The notes: a model not told the origin generated them from the letters alone. A stretch of 64,000 nucleotides of DNA from Myxococcota bacterium (GCA_965223415.1 OZ245002.1:2912001-2976000); one strand, 5' to 3'; positions 29,196 to 40,263 are shown, counted from the first letter of the stretch. Made by a program: numbers and translations.

Positions 29196-29332
29196 GTCGA
29201 ATCTCCTAGGGGGCAACCCCAATCTACGTCAGGCGCTTCCCCCACTCCTGTGAAGTGCTTCACCCACGTCGGCGGAACGACGGACGGCCCGGGGAGCGTG
29301 TAGACTCGCCCGGGGGAAGGCAGGGAGAGGGC

Positions 29333-30475
29333 GTGGACCTTCGCACCAAGCTCGTGTTCGCCCTGGTCGCGGTCTCCCTGGCCAGCCTGCTGGCGCTGGG
29401 TGCGGTCGCCTACAGCGTGGTGGCGGGCCTGCTGCAGGACGCTGCCGTCCGCCAGCTGGAAGCGGTGGCAGCCAGCAAGGAGCTCGATCTCCGCAACGTG
29501 GCCCAGGCCTGGCGGGACCGGGTGCGCCTCATCACGAGCCGCACCCAGCTGCGGGAGAGCATGCGGCGGCAGGCGAGCGGCGGCCCGGACCAACGCGCCC
29601 GGATCGCCCGCATCGTCGAGGACGCCCTCGACGCAGCGCCGACCCTTCGCGGGATCGCCCTGTTCACGTCGGACGGAAGCCCGGTGGTGATCCGTGGCGA
29701 TGTCGGCGGCGCGGCGCCGTCCGCCCCCACCGAGCGCGTCGGCGAGCCGCCCTGGGTCGAGACCGACGTCACGACGAGCGCCGACGGCCGCCTCGTCGTC
29801 ACCTTCCTCGGGCCCCTCGAGCTGGAGGGCACGTCCGTGGGCGTGGCGCGCGTCGCGCTCGATGCCGCCGCCCTCGCCGACGTCGTGTCCGACGCCACCG
29901 GCCTGGGCGAGACGGGCGAGACCCTCGTGGCGAGGGCCGCACCGGAAGGTGGTGCCTCGCTCGTCGCGCCCCGCCGGCACGCGAGCGCGCCGGCGGCCGG
30001 CTCCTGGAAGCCTACGAACCCGGATGCCGACCCGGTGCTGGCCGCGATCGATCGCCGGGAGGCGACGCTCCTCCACGCCGTCGACGATCGCAGCGAGCAG
30101 GTGTGGGCGGCCACGCGTTTCGTCGAGGAGATGGGTTGGGGACTCGTCGTCAAGCTGGACGCTTCCCAGGCGACCGCCCCGGCCCGGGCCCTGCGCGAGA
30201 CGATGGTCCGCATGGCCCTGTCTCTCTCCGCCCTGGCGATCGTGGTCGGCATCCTGCTCGGCATCGCGTTGGCCAGGCCGATCAGCGCGCTGGCCGACGT
30301 CGCCCGGCGCATCGAGGACGGCGACCTGGAGGCGCGGGCCGACGCGCGGGGTGAGGACGAGGTGGCGCGGCTCGCCGGCGCGTTCAACGAGATGACCGAA
30401 CGCTTGATCGCCGCGAACCGGACCCTCGAGCGGCGCGTGCGCCAGGCGGAGAACGGAGAGCACCCCGGGCCATGA
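29333..30475 (+). CDS. Membrane sensor (Cache-like) plus HAMP protein with no output domain
   Basis: TM1, GLGETGETLV Cache-like motif, TM2, HAMP (DEVARLAGAFNEM), ends shortly after. Confidence 0.82.
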   Translation: MDLRTKLVFALVAVSLASLLALGAVAYSVVAGLLQDAAVRQLEAVAASKELDLRNVAQAWRDRVRLITSRTQLRESMRRQASGGPDQRARIARIVEDALDAAPTLRGIALFTSDGSPVVIRGDVGGAAPSAPTERVGEPPWVETDVTTSADGRLVVTFLGPLELEGTSVGVARVALDAAALADVVSDATGLGETGETLVARAAPEGGASLVAPRRHASAPAAGSWKPTNPDADPVLAAIDRREATLLHAVDDRSEQVWAATRFVEEMGWGLVVKLDASQATAPARALRETMVRMALSLSALAIVVGILLGIALARPISALADVARRIEDGDLEARADARGEDEVARLAGAFNEMTERLIAANRTLERRVRQAENGEHPGP

Positions 30476-31440
30476 TCGACGCGATCGAGCTACTCGGCGG
30501 GCTCGTCTACCTGCTGGTCGCGGGGGACTTCCTCGTGCGCGGCGCCCTCGCCCTGGCGCGGCGCGCCGACGTGTCGCCCCTGGCCGTCGGCCTGACCGTC
30601 GTCGCCTTCGGAACGAGCGCTCCAGAGCTGGTCGTGTCGGTGCAGGCGGTGCTCGTGGGGCACCCGGGCATCTCGATCGGCAACGTCGTGGGCAGCAACA
30701 CCGCCAACGTGCTGCTGGTGGTCGGTCTGCCCGCGATGCTCCGGCCGACCCTGCAGGACGGCGTGTCCTCTCGCGCAGAGCTGGTCCTGATGCTCCTCGT
30801 CAGCCTGGCCTTCGCCCTCGTGTGCGGCGCCGGCCCGCTGCTGCGCAGCCACGGCCTGATCCTCCTGGTGGGCCTCGCCCTCTACGTCGTGCGCGCCTGG
30901 CGCCAAGGCCGCGCGGAGGGCCAGGCTCCGGGCGAAACCGACGAGCTCGAGCGGCCGCTCGGTCTCCCCGAACGGCGACGGATGATCGTCGCGTTCCTCT
31001 TGTTCGGCGCGATCGGCCTCCCGATCGGGGCCGAGCTGGCGGTCCACGGCGCCGTCGGGCTGGCGGAGCGCTTCGGCGTGAGCGAAGCCGTCATCGGCCT
31101 GACGATCATCGCCCTCGGCACCTCGCTTCCCGAGCTGGCCACGACCCTGATCGCCGCCGTCCAGCGCCAGAGCGAGATCGGCATCGGCAACGTCGTAGGC
31201 AGCAACCTGTTCAACATCCTCGCGATCATGGGTGCCACGGCAACCGTCGCACCGATGCCCCTCGTGGTGCCCGCCTCCTTCCCGACTTTCGAGCTGCCGG
31301 TGATGGTCGGGTCCGCCGCGATGTTGGTGTGGCTGGCCGGCCTGCGGGGGCGGATCGGCCGCGGCAGCGGCAGCACGTTGGTCGCCTGCTACGTGGCCTA
31401 TCTGGTGCTCCTGCTGAGCGGGATCGCCGGTGCCGGCTGA
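30472..31440 (+). CDS. yrbG: Calcium/sodium antiporter (CaCA, YrbG-like)
   Basis: Two alpha repeats GTSAPEL/GNVVGSN and GTSLPEL/GNVVGSN. Confidence 0.92.
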   Translation: MIDAIELLGGLVYLLVAGDFLVRGALALARRADVSPLAVGLTVVAFGTSAPELVVSVQAVLVGHPGISIGNVVGSNTANVLLVVGLPAMLRPTLQDGVSSRAELVLMLLVSLAFALVCGAGPLLRSHGLILLVGLALYVVRAWRQGRAEGQAPGETDELERPLGLPERRRMIVAFLLFGAIGLPIGAELAVHGAVGLAERFGVSEAVIGLTIIALGTSLPELATTLIAAVQRQSEIGIGNVVGSNLFNILAIMGATATVAPMPLVVPASFPTFELPVMVGSAAMLVWLAGLRGRIGRGSGSTLVACYVAYLVLLLSGIAGAG

Positions 31441-31443
31441 GCC

Positions 31444-31956
31444 TCAGTAGCCGGGAAGGGTCGAGCCGTCGTCTTCGGGGCGGTAGAGCCTTCGGATGTC
31501 GCTCTTCTGCCGATCCTGCCGCTTGCCGCCCCACCACAGCTCCGCTTCGAGCCAGAGCGCACCGGTCGGAGGCGAGCTCAGCCGACGCTTCGCGTAGAGC
31601 GGGAACTTCACCTTCACGATGTCGTCCGGCGGCGGCGCCGTGTTGGCGACGGTGGCCGGGTTGGGGCGATTCCCGGAGCCGAACTCGGCACCGTGGATGA
31701 CGTCGTTGGCGGCGATGTAGGTCCAGTCGAACTCGGTGTCGTTCTGGAGGGCATCCGATCGGAACACCACACGGACGTTGGTCGGATCGATGCCGGCCGG
31801 AGCCTCGTCGAACTGGAGCCGGAGCCAGCACTCGAGCTCGCCGGTCATGATGCCGCCGCCGGGCGTCATCTCGTCGATCCGTGCCTCGCGGCAGGCGAGA
31901 AGGCACACGACCAGAGTGAGGTTCGCGAGGAGCCGATACGAGTGGCCCGACTTCAT
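31444..31956 (-). CDS. Hypothetical lipoprotein
   Basis: MKSGH...VCLLAC lipobox; GGAGG RBS. Confidence 0.7.
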   Translation of the reverse strand: MKSGHSYRLLANLTLVVCLLACREARIDEMTPGGGIMTGELECWLRLQFDEAPAGIDPTNVRVVFRSDALQNDTEFDWTYIAANDVIHGAEFGSGNRPNPATVANTAPPPDDIVKVKFPLYAKRRLSSPPTGALWLEAELWWGGKRQDRQKSDIRRLYRPEDDGSTLPGY

Positions 31957-32107
31957 GGTGCACCTCCGAAAGGCGGCTCGGAAGCTGGATCGTCCGAGCC
32001 GGGCGCCGGCTGAAGTCCCGCTTGGGGTGCGGTGGGACAGCCCCGCGAAGGCCTGTCCGGCGAAGCCCCAAGGCCCCCTGGAAGGGCGGTGAACGCCGGT
32101 CAGCGCC

Positions 32108-32123
32108 GGGTACGCCGCTTGCA
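32108..32123 (+). promoter_or_regulatory. Sigma-54 (-24/-12) promoter
   Basis: GGGTACGCCGCTTGCA, GG-N10-GC, upstream of the BCAM0308-like gene. Confidence 0.7.
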
Positions 32124-32149
32124 CTCGGGTGGAGACGGAGGAATCGGTC

Positions 32150-32611
32150 ATGAGCCGACGCGACCGCCTGATCGAACCGCGCAGCCACGATCCCTACCGC
32201 CCGAAGGAGGGTCTGCCGGACCCGAGCGTGTGCCCGGATTGTGAGGCGACCTGGCGGGACGGCCGTTGGACCTGGCGGAACGGCCCGGCCGACGCGCCTC
32301 GCATTCGCTGTTCCGCCTGCGCACGCATCCGCGACGGCTACCCGGCCGGCATCGTGCGCCTCTCCGGCGAGTTCCAGCGCACGCACCGTGCCGATATCGA
32401 AGCCCTCATCCGCAACGTGGAGAAGCGGGAAAGAGGCGAGCATCCGGTCAACCGCATCATGCAGGCGCGAGACGAAGACGGAGACCTCGTCGTGACGACG
32501 ACGGACATCCACCTCGCGCGCGCCATCGGATCAGCCGTGGAAAGCGCCTATCACGGCGATCTCGACCTCGACTACGCCGAAGACGTGCTACGCGTCGACT
32601 GGAGTCGTTAG
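32150..32611 (+). CDS. BCAM0308 family (NMD3-like zinc ribbon) protein
   Basis: HDPY, CPDC...GRWTW...CSAC.RI.DGYPAG, EHPVNRIM, TTDIHLARAIG. Confidence 0.85.
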   Translation: MSRRDRLIEPRSHDPYRPKEGLPDPSVCPDCEATWRDGRWTWRNGPADAPRIRCSACARIRDGYPAGIVRLSGEFQRTHRADIEALIRNVEKRERGEHPVNRIMQARDEDGDLVVTTTDIHLARAIGSAVESAYHGDLDLDYAEDVLRVDWSR

Positions 32612-32848
32612 GCCGTCGTCGCGGCCGGGGAGCCCGACGCAGGGCATGTTCGCGCGGAGCGCACTCGGTATGCGGGCCTTCCCGCTCGAGGCGAGGGGTG
32701 CCCGGGCTCGCGCCCGAGTCGAATCCGCTCGTGCACCGGGGCGCACGGCGGGCGCCCTACAGACACGCTGACGCGCCTGCGCCGGGCTCGGGGATGAGCT
32801 CCCTCCTCGCGTCGCCGGTCCGGGGGGAGACCGGCGAGGCGGGTGGTG

Positions 32849-32956
32849 CTAGTGCGGCCGGTGGTGCGGCTTGCGGAGGCCGGAAATCAGCCAGCCTCCG
32901 AGGAAGACGCCGCCCACCACGGCCCCGACCAGCAGCGTGATGACGAGTTCCCACAT
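32849..32956 (-). CDS. Small single-TM protein (35 aa)
   Basis: MWELVITLLVGAVVGGVFLGGWLISGLRKPHHRPH; GGAGG 7 nt upstream. Confidence 0.55.
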   Translation of the reverse strand: MWELVITLLVGAVVGGVFLGGWLISGLRKPHHRPH

Positions 32957-33315
32957 GGTTCGACCTCCGGAGACCTGGGGCCTCCTGGGGGGAACGGTCC
33001 TCTCGAGGGAGCCCTTCCCGGGGCTCCGTCGGGCCGGAGCGTCCGAAGCCGGCACCGGGGCCGACCCCGGCGGTGTGGGCCGGGCGGGGTGCTCTCCATG
33101 GCGTCCTCCACGAAAGAGGGCTTGGACATCATACACCACGTTGTGACGCCGGGGTCGAATTTCGCCATCCCGCGGGGCGAGGTCCCCGGCATACGGTCCG
33201 ATGGCGCTCCGGGAGCACGGCGGGGAAGCCCCCGTCGTCGAGCTGGGCCCAGCATGGGGTGGGCGGGCGGCCATCCTCGGCTACACCCTGGGAACCCGCG
33301 CGCCAGCGAGCCTCC

Positions 33316-34422
33316 ATGATCCGACACCTCCTCTGCCTGCTCGGGGCCGGCCTGCTCTTCGCAGCGACCTCCGCCTCCGCCGAAGAGCCTCACGCCCACC
33401 ATGGCCCGGAAGGTTTCGTGAACCCCCACGTGGAAGTCCCCCACGGCGGCCAGGGCAGCTTTCTTCGCGCCCGCTTCGCGAGCGGACCGTGGCCGGGCCA
33501 CGACCCGGACGTCTTCACCGTGCCGACGGCGACTCCGGAGCCGGTGCCGGCGGGGGGCGCGACGGACAATGCCCGGGTCACCTGGATCGGCCACTCCACG
33601 GTGCTGATCCAGCACCGCGGTGTGAACGTGATCACCGACCCGATGCTGAGCCCGTACGCCTCGCCGATCCGCTTCGCCGGGCCGCGGCGCATCTCCGAGC
33701 CGGGCATTGCCCTGGAAAACCTGCCGCCCATCGACGTCGTCGTGATCTCCCACGACCACTACGACCACCTGGACGTGCCCACGATCGAGGCCCTCGGAGA
33801 GGGGCCACGCTATCTGGTCCCCCTGGGCCTGCGGAGCTGGTTTGCCGGGCGAGGCGTCGATCCCGCCCGGGTCGACGAGCTGGACTGGTGGGACCAGCGG
33901 GAGCTCCAGGTGCGCGGCGAGCGCCTCCGCGTCACGGCCACTCCGAGTCAGCACTTCTCGGGGCGCGGCCTGACCGATCGGGACGAGACCCTGTGGGCCG
34001 CCTGGGCCCTCGAGTGGATCGACTTCTCCGCCTGGTTCGGCGGCGACACAGGCTACAACGGCGTCCAGTTCAAGGAGATCGGCCGGCGCTTCGGCGGCTT
34101 CGACCTCGGCATCATCCCGATCGGCGCCTACCGACCCCGCTGGTTCATGGGCGTCGTCCACGTGAACCCGGCGGAGGCGGTGCGGATCCACCAGGACCTC
34201 GGCGCGCGCCGGTCGATCGGCGTCCACTGGGGCACCTTCGTGCTCTCGCAGGAGGCCTCGCACGAGCCGCCGCAGGAGCTGCGCGCCGCCGTGCGCGAAG
34301 CGGGGCTCGCCGAGGGCGCGTTCTCCGCCTGGAAGGTGGGCGAGACCCGGGCGTTCCAGGCTCCGCCGCCGCGCGATCAGGCGTCCGCGGCGTCCTCCTC
34401 GGGAGCCACGATCACGCCGTAG
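33316..34422 (+). CDS. MBL-fold metallo-hydrolase (NAPE-PLD/RomA-like), exported
   Basis: TWIGHST, SHDHYDHLD, PSQHFSGR, GDTGY, PIGAY, HWGTF. Confidence 0.92.
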   Translation: MIRHLLCLLGAGLLFAATSASAEEPHAHHGPEGFVNPHVEVPHGGQGSFLRARFASGPWPGHDPDVFTVPTATPEPVPAGGATDNARVTWIGHSTVLIQHRGVNVITDPMLSPYASPIRFAGPRRISEPGIALENLPPIDVVVISHDHYDHLDVPTIEALGEGPRYLVPLGLRSWFAGRGVDPARVDELDWWDQRELQVRGERLRVTATPSQHFSGRGLTDRDETLWAAWALEWIDFSAWFGGDTGYNGVQFKEIGRRFGGFDLGIIPIGAYRPRWFMGVVHVNPAEAVRIHQDLGARRSIGVHWGTFVLSQEASHEPPQELRAAVREAGLAEGAFSAWKVGETRAFQAPPPRDQASAASSSGATITP

Positions 34423-34580
34423 CCCTCGAGGTCTTCCCGGTCCGCCACCTCGGAGCGAGGCGCGTCGTCGGCGGGGGCCGATCGCTGCTGGGCCTTGAGC
34501 TCGCGCTTGAGCGCGGCCGCTTCGGCCTTCTTCTTCTCTCGAAGCCGCTTCTGCACCGACATTCGCTTGGATCGTGCCAC
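34377..34580 (-). CDS. Small protein with basic N-terminus and acidic C-terminus
   Basis: KRLREKKKAEAAALKRELK; purine-rich RBS; 46-bp convergent overlap with the MBL gene. Confidence 0.6.
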   Translation of the reverse strand: MARSKRMSVQKRLREKKKAEAAALKRELKAQQRSAPADDAPRSEVADREDLEGYGVIVAPEEDAADA

Positions 34581-34773
34581 GTTGCCCCCTTTCCGAGAGA
34601 GCCCCCCGCTGCGATCGTGGATCGGGCGGATCGGGCGGAGACCGGGCCGGCCAGGAGCGAGAGCGGGGCGCCCCCGCGGGTCACTGCACCCGGGCCCGGG
34701 AGAGACTCCTCGGCTGCGGAGGGTAACGAAACTTGCGGGGAGTGCCGGCGGGGGTGAAACACCCTACCTAGAC

Positions 34774-36441
34774 CTATTCCAGACCCGCGATCTCGCCTTC
34801 GACCAGGCCGATCTGCTCCGCCAGGGGGTGTCGGGGCAGGCCGGGCATGCGCAGGATGTCGCCGGTCAGCACCACCAGGAAGCCGGCGCCGGCGTTCACC
34901 TGGACCGAGCGCACGGTCACCTCGAAGCCCTCGGGGCGGCCCCGGAGCTTCGGGTCGTCGGAGAGGGAGCCCGGCGTCTTGGCGATGCACACCGGCAGGC
35001 CTGCGTAGCCGAGCCGCTCCAGGTCCCGGATCTCGCGGCGCGCTTGCCGGTTGAGCTCGAGGCCGGTGGCGCCGTACATGCGGCGCGCGACGGCGAGGAT
35101 CTTGTCCGGGATGGCATCGCCGAGGTCGTAGAGCGGCGTGAAGCGGCGGGCCGGGTCGGCGTGGGCCTGCACCGCCCGCGCCAGCTCCAGCGCCCCCTCA
35201 CCACCGCGGGCGTGGTGATCCGAGACGGCGAAGGGCACGCCGGCCGCTTCGCAGCGTTCACGGACCGCGGCGATCTCCTCCTCCTCGTCGTCGGCGAAGC
35301 GATTCAGGGCCACGATCGGCGCCAGCCCGAAGTGCCGGATGTTCTCCACGTGCTTGTCCAGGTTGGGGAGGCCGCGCCCGACTGCTGCGGGGTCGGGCGC
35401 CGCCAGCGCCTTGCGGAGAATGCCGCCGTGCATCTTCAGGGCGCGCACCGTCGCGACCAGGACCACCGCCGCAGTCTCCAGGCCGGCGGCCCGGCTCTTG
35501 ATGTGGAAGAACTTCTCCGCGCCCAGGTCGAAGCCGAAGCCGGCCTCGGTGATCGCCCAATCCGCCAGGTGGAGGGCCATGCGCGTGGCGATGACGCTGT
35601 TGCAGCCGTGGGCGATGTTCGCGAACGGGCCGCCGTGGACGAGCGCCGGCGTCCCCTCGAGCGTCTGCACCAGGTTGGGCCACAGGGCGTCGCGCAGCAG
35701 GGCGAGCATGGCACCGGAGCCCGAGAGCCTCTCGGCGGTGACCGGCTCGCCGTCGTAGGTGAAGCCGATCAGGATGCGGTCGAGCCGCGCCCGCAGGTCT
35801 TCCTCGTCCTCGGCGAGGCACAGGACCGCCATCACCTCCGAGGCGGCCGTGATGTCGAAGCCGGTCTCCCGGGGGACGCCCTGCTTGCTCCCACCGAGGC
35901 CGATGATCACGTCGCGGAGCGCCCGGTCGTTCATGTCCATCACCCGTCGCCAGAGGATCCGGCGGGGGTCGATGCGCAGGGCGTTGCCGAAGTAGAGGTG
36001 GTTGTCGACGAGGGCCGCCAGCAGGTTGTGGGCCGTCGTCACCGCATGGAAGTCGCCGGTGAAGTGGAGGTTGATCCGCTCCATGGGCAGCACCTGGCTG
36101 TAGCCGCCGCCGGTGGCGCCTCCCTTCATGCCCAGCGACGGGCCGAGGGAGGGCTCGCGCAGGGCGAGGCAGGTGGACTCGCCGAGCCGCGCCAGGCCCT
36201 GGGCCAGGCCGATGCTGGTGGTCGTCTTGCCCTCGCCGGCCGGGGTTGGCGTGATGGCCGAGACGAGCACGAGGCGGCCGGTCCCGGGGCGGCGCCGGCG
36301 CTTACGAAGCGCGGCGGGAGACACCTTGGCGACATCGTCACCGAACAGGCGAACCTGTTCGGTGGGAAGGCCCAGCTCCCCGATGACCTCGTGGATCGGT
36401 CGGGGACGTGCGGCGCGGGCGATCTGGACGTCGGTCGGCAT
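34774..36441 (-). CDS. fhs: Formate--tetrahydrofolate ligase
   Basis: TPTPAGEGKTT, REPSLGP, KGGATGGGYSQV, HGGPFANIAHG, TEAGFG, MPGLP. Confidence 0.97.
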   Translation of the reverse strand: MPTDVQIARAARPRPIHEVIGELGLPTEQVRLFGDDVAKVSPAALRKRRRRPGTGRLVLVSAITPTPAGEGKTTTSIGLAQGLARLGESTCLALREPSLGPSLGMKGGATGGGYSQVLPMERINLHFTGDFHAVTTAHNLLAALVDNHLYFGNALRIDPRRILWRRVMDMNDRALRDVIIGLGGSKQGVPRETGFDITAASEVMAVLCLAEDEEDLRARLDRILIGFTYDGEPVTAERLSGSGAMLALLRDALWPNLVQTLEGTPALVHGGPFANIAHGCNSVIATRMALHLADWAITEAGFGFDLGAEKFFHIKSRAAGLETAAVVLVATVRALKMHGGILRKALAAPDPAAVGRGLPNLDKHVENIRHFGLAPIVALNRFADDEEEEIAAVRERCEAAGVPFAVSDHHARGGEGALELARAVQAHADPARRFTPLYDLGDAIPDKILAVARRMYGATGLELNRQARREIRDLERLGYAGLPVCIAKTPGSLSDDPKLRGRPEGFEVTVRSVQVNAGAGFLVVLTGDILRMPGLPRHPLAEQIGLVEGEIAGLE

Positions 36442-36505
36442 GGATCGCACGATAGCCGCCCGGCGCGGCGCCGGGGCCAGCGTCCGCCGGCCCCGGCGCA
36501 CGGAG

Positions 36506-37225
36506 TCACGGCGTGGCGGAGGGTGTGCCCCAGGTCTTGACGGTGCGCAGCACGAAGGCGCCGTGGAACTCGGAGATGGCGTCGGTGGCCTTCTGGAAGG
36601 CGGCCCAGTCGTCGCTCGCGAACAGCATCTCGTTCGATGCCTCGGCTTCCGCCGCACTCGCGAAGCCGGTCGAGACGATGTGGGTCACGGCCGTCAGACC
36701 TGCGGCCGCCACACCCGAGAGATAGGTGGTGCCGGGAATCCCCTTGCCCGTTTCGGATTGGAGCAGGGCGTCCATCGCGGCGAGGTAGGCGGGCGGGTCG
36801 TCGACGCTGACCGCGTAGAGGACCCAGTACGCGTCGGTGTCGCCTTCCTCCCCCCAGCTCTTGGCGAAGACCATGCGGGAAGTGGCGCCGAGGTCCGTCA
36901 GGCTGGCGACCGTGTCCCGGAACGCGGCCCAGTCCGGATTGCCCTGGAGCTTCTGCTGCCAGGCTTCGCGAGCGGCCAGCGACTCCATCGAAGTGATGAA
37001 GCCATGAGTCGCGGGATCGCCGCCGTCGATCTCGTTCGCCATCAGGGACAGAGTGCCGGGCATCTCCTTGCCGATGGGCGAGGCCATGAACTTGTCGGCC
37101 GCCGCCACGATCTTGGCGACGTTCTGTGGGTCCGTCCGGAAGGTGAGGGATTGCCAGTTCGGGGCAGCGTGCGCCGAGGCACTCAGGAACAGGAGACCGG
37201 TCACGAGAACGAGAAGTCTTGTCAT
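36506..37225 (-). CDS. Hypothetical exported protein with two internal repeats
   Basis: Signal peptide; two halves each ending TH...S.A..EA....L....DWAAF. Confidence 0.75.
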   Translation of the reverse strand: MTRLLVLVTGLLFLSASAHAAPNWQSLTFRTDPQNVAKIVAAADKFMASPIGKEMPGTLSLMANEIDGGDPATHGFITSMESLAAREAWQQKLQGNPDWAAFRDTVASLTDLGATSRMVFAKSWGEEGDTDAYWVLYAVSVDDPPAYLAAMDALLQSETGKGIPGTTYLSGVAAAGLTAVTHIVSTGFASAAEAEASNEMLFASDDWAAFQKATDAISEFHGAFVLRTVKTWGTPSATP

Positions 37226-37290
37226 GGGGAGATCCTCCTGGGACGTTTGTGCCACGCCCGCGTACCGAAGTCACGCCCTATTCGGGGCGC

Positions 37291-38325
<1,035 letters not shown>

Positions 38326-38344
38326 CGGGCTCCTCCGATTGATG

Positions 38345-38391
38345 TCTACACTGTAGATTCGATTTCGGGCAGTGTAGTCTACGCCGTAGAC
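38345..38391. promoter_or_regulatory. Two TetR operator palindromes
   Basis: TCTACA-C-TGTAGA (38345-38357) and GTCTACG-C-CGTAGAC (38377-38391) in the divergent intergenic region. Confidence 0.8.
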
Positions 38392-38421
38392 TCGTCAAGA
38401 CCCTTCAGCTAGATTCGCCGG

Positions 38422-39096
38422 GTGCCCGCAACCCCTCGGACTTCGGCCCGAAAACGGCCTGCCCTCTCCCCGGACCGCATCGTCGCGGCCGCGCTGGCCC
38501 TGGCGGACACCCGCGGCGATTTCTCGATGCGCGCCCTGGGCCAGAAGCTGCGGGTGGACCCGATGGCCATCTACCGGCACTTCCGAGACAAGGACGCGGT
38601 GCTCGACGCGATGGTCGACGCGGCCCTGGCCGAGCTCGCGGCGCCGCCGAAGAGCGCCGGCACCGCCCGCGCCCGCCTGCGTCGCATGTGCATCGACTTC
38701 CGAGCCTGCCTCGATGCCCATCCCGGCGTGGCGATGCGCGTCTCGACCACCCGACCGACCCTGGGGCCGCACACCGTCGGGCTTACCGAGGCGTGCCTCG
38801 GCCTGCTGCGCGAGATGGGCTTCGACGCCCGGGAGGCGACCCGCGCCTTCATGATGGTCATCCGCTTCATCACCGGCGTGGCGGCCGCCGACGGCCACCT
38901 GCGCGCCGAGGGCCTCGACGAGGACGCCTGGCGCGAGGACCTGCGGGCGGGCTACGCCTCCGTGTCGCCCGCGGAGCACCCGAACGTCGCCGCCATGGCG
39001 GAAGAGGTGGCGAGCCTCGGCATGCAGGAGGAGTTCGAGTACGGACTCGATCTGCTGCTCGAGGGCTTGGAGCGCCGGGCGGGGACCGGGGCCTAG
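38422..39096 (+). CDS. TetR family regulator (TetR_C type)
   Basis: FSMRALGQKLRVDPMAIYRHFRDK; FEYGLDLLL. Confidence 0.92.
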   Translation: MPATPRTSARKRPALSPDRIVAAALALADTRGDFSMRALGQKLRVDPMAIYRHFRDKDAVLDAMVDAALAELAAPPKSAGTARARLRRMCIDFRACLDAHPGVAMRVSTTRPTLGPHTVGLTEACLGLLREMGFDAREATRAFMMVIRFITGVAAADGHLRAEGLDEDAWREDLRAGYASVSPAEHPNVAAMAEEVASLGMQEEFEYGLDLLLEGLERRAGTGA

Positions 39097-39111
39097 CCGC
39101 CTCACCGTTCC

Positions 39112-39528
39112 CTACTCGACCTGGATCGTGCGCAGGTGGTCGGCCAGTGCCCGGGCGTCGAGAGTGGGCCCGTAGGTCGCGAAGGGCTCGCCCGCGTGCT
39201 CCTGGGCGAAGACCGCCCCCCAGACCGGCATCTCCTGCGGGCCGTGCTGGGCGGCGAGGAAGCGCCCGTCGATCACCATCATCACGGCGGACTCGTCGAA
39301 GCGTCCGCCGCCCCGACGGGCCAGGGTGGTGAGATCCGCCGGGGCGGCGGTGAGGGATTCGGCCAGGGGGCCGTCGCCGGCTCCCGAAACGCCGTGGCAC
39401 GAAGCGCAGTGGCGCTTGTAGAGGACGGCGCCGGCGACCTCGTCGGTGCGCTTGTCGATGCAGCCGCCGGCGGAGACCCCCGCGCACAGGAGAAGCACAA
39501 AGATCGGAACGATGCTCCGCGCCTTCAC
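39112..39528 (-). CDS. Monoheme cytochrome c
   Basis: CASCH heme motif, G.GDGP, MPVWG. Confidence 0.9.
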   Translation of the reverse strand: MKARSIVPIFVLLLCAGVSAGGCIDKRTDEVAGAVLYKRHCASCHGVSGAGDGPLAESLTAAPADLTTLARRGGGRFDESAVMMVIDGRFLAAQHGPQEMPVWGAVFAQEHAGEPFATYGPTLDARALADHLRTIQVE

Positions 39529-39665
39529 GCTGCCCCCTCACTGCTGCACACGATGGGCCCGTGCTCGACACCGTCAAGGGATGGGCCGACTGAGGCCCGC
39601 GACCCCACCGGGCGCCCATTCCTCCTCAATGCGGCGGGCTGTCGCGACCACGGCGAGCTACGGCT

Positions 39666-39681
39666 CGGCACGCCGATTGCG
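39666..39681 (+). promoter_or_regulatory. Sigma-54 (-24/-12) promoter
   Basis: CGGCACGCCGATTGCG upstream of the 39707 gene. Confidence 0.72.
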
Positions 39682-39706
39682 GTGGTCTCGACGTCGGAGG
39701 AACGAC

Positions 39707-40054
39707 ATGCGAATCGCAAGGATCGTCTTCGGCGCCTGCGTCGCCACCCTCGTGCTGGGACTCACCCTCCCGACCACGGTCGTCGCACAGCAGGAGCCTC
39801 CCGCAGCGGACGAACGGCCGATCTACGGCCGCGACCTGATGACGGAGCAGGAGCGGATCGAACACCGCGAACGGATGCGGAACGCGACCTCGGAGGAGGA
39901 GCGAGCTCGGATCCGTCAGGAGCACCACGAGCGCATGCGCGAGCGGGCGAAGGAGCGGGGCGTCGAGCTGCCGCCGGTGCCGCCGCCCCGCGGACGGGGC
40001 ATGGGACCGGGGCAGGGCGCGGGACCCGGAAAGGGGAAGGGCCCGCGTCGCTGA
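39707..40054 (+). CDS. Small exported helical protein
   Basis: Signal peptide, IYGRDLMTEQER...EHHERMRERA, Gly-rich tail; GGAGG RBS. Confidence 0.8.
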   Translation: MRIARIVFGACVATLVLGLTLPTTVVAQQEPPAADERPIYGRDLMTEQERIEHRERMRNATSEEERARIRQEHHERMRERAKERGVELPPVPPPRGRGMGPGQGAGPGKGKGPRR

Positions 40055-40263
40055 CGTCTGGCCGGACCTCGCTCTCGAGTCGGCACGGGACGTCGAGGGC
40101 TACGCGCCCAAGGTGGCGACCCTGCGCCCGGATGCGTCCCTCGCCGAGGCGGGTCGCGTCCTCGCCCGCGAGCACGCGCCGATGCGGGGCCCGTGCAGCG
40201 GAAGGGATGCCGGCTCGCGGACGAGTGGTAGGCTTGGAGATCGGGTTCGCCACGGAGGGCGAG

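Noticed and set aside
33316..34422. Metallo-beta-lactamase resistance gene
   Set aside because: Motifs (QHFSGR, PIGAY, HWGTF) fit the NAPE-PLD/RomA-like hydrolases.
36442..36505. ZTP or THF riboswitch upstream of fhs
   Set aside because: Only about 64 nt are available and I see no recognisable motif; an Rfam scan would be decisive.
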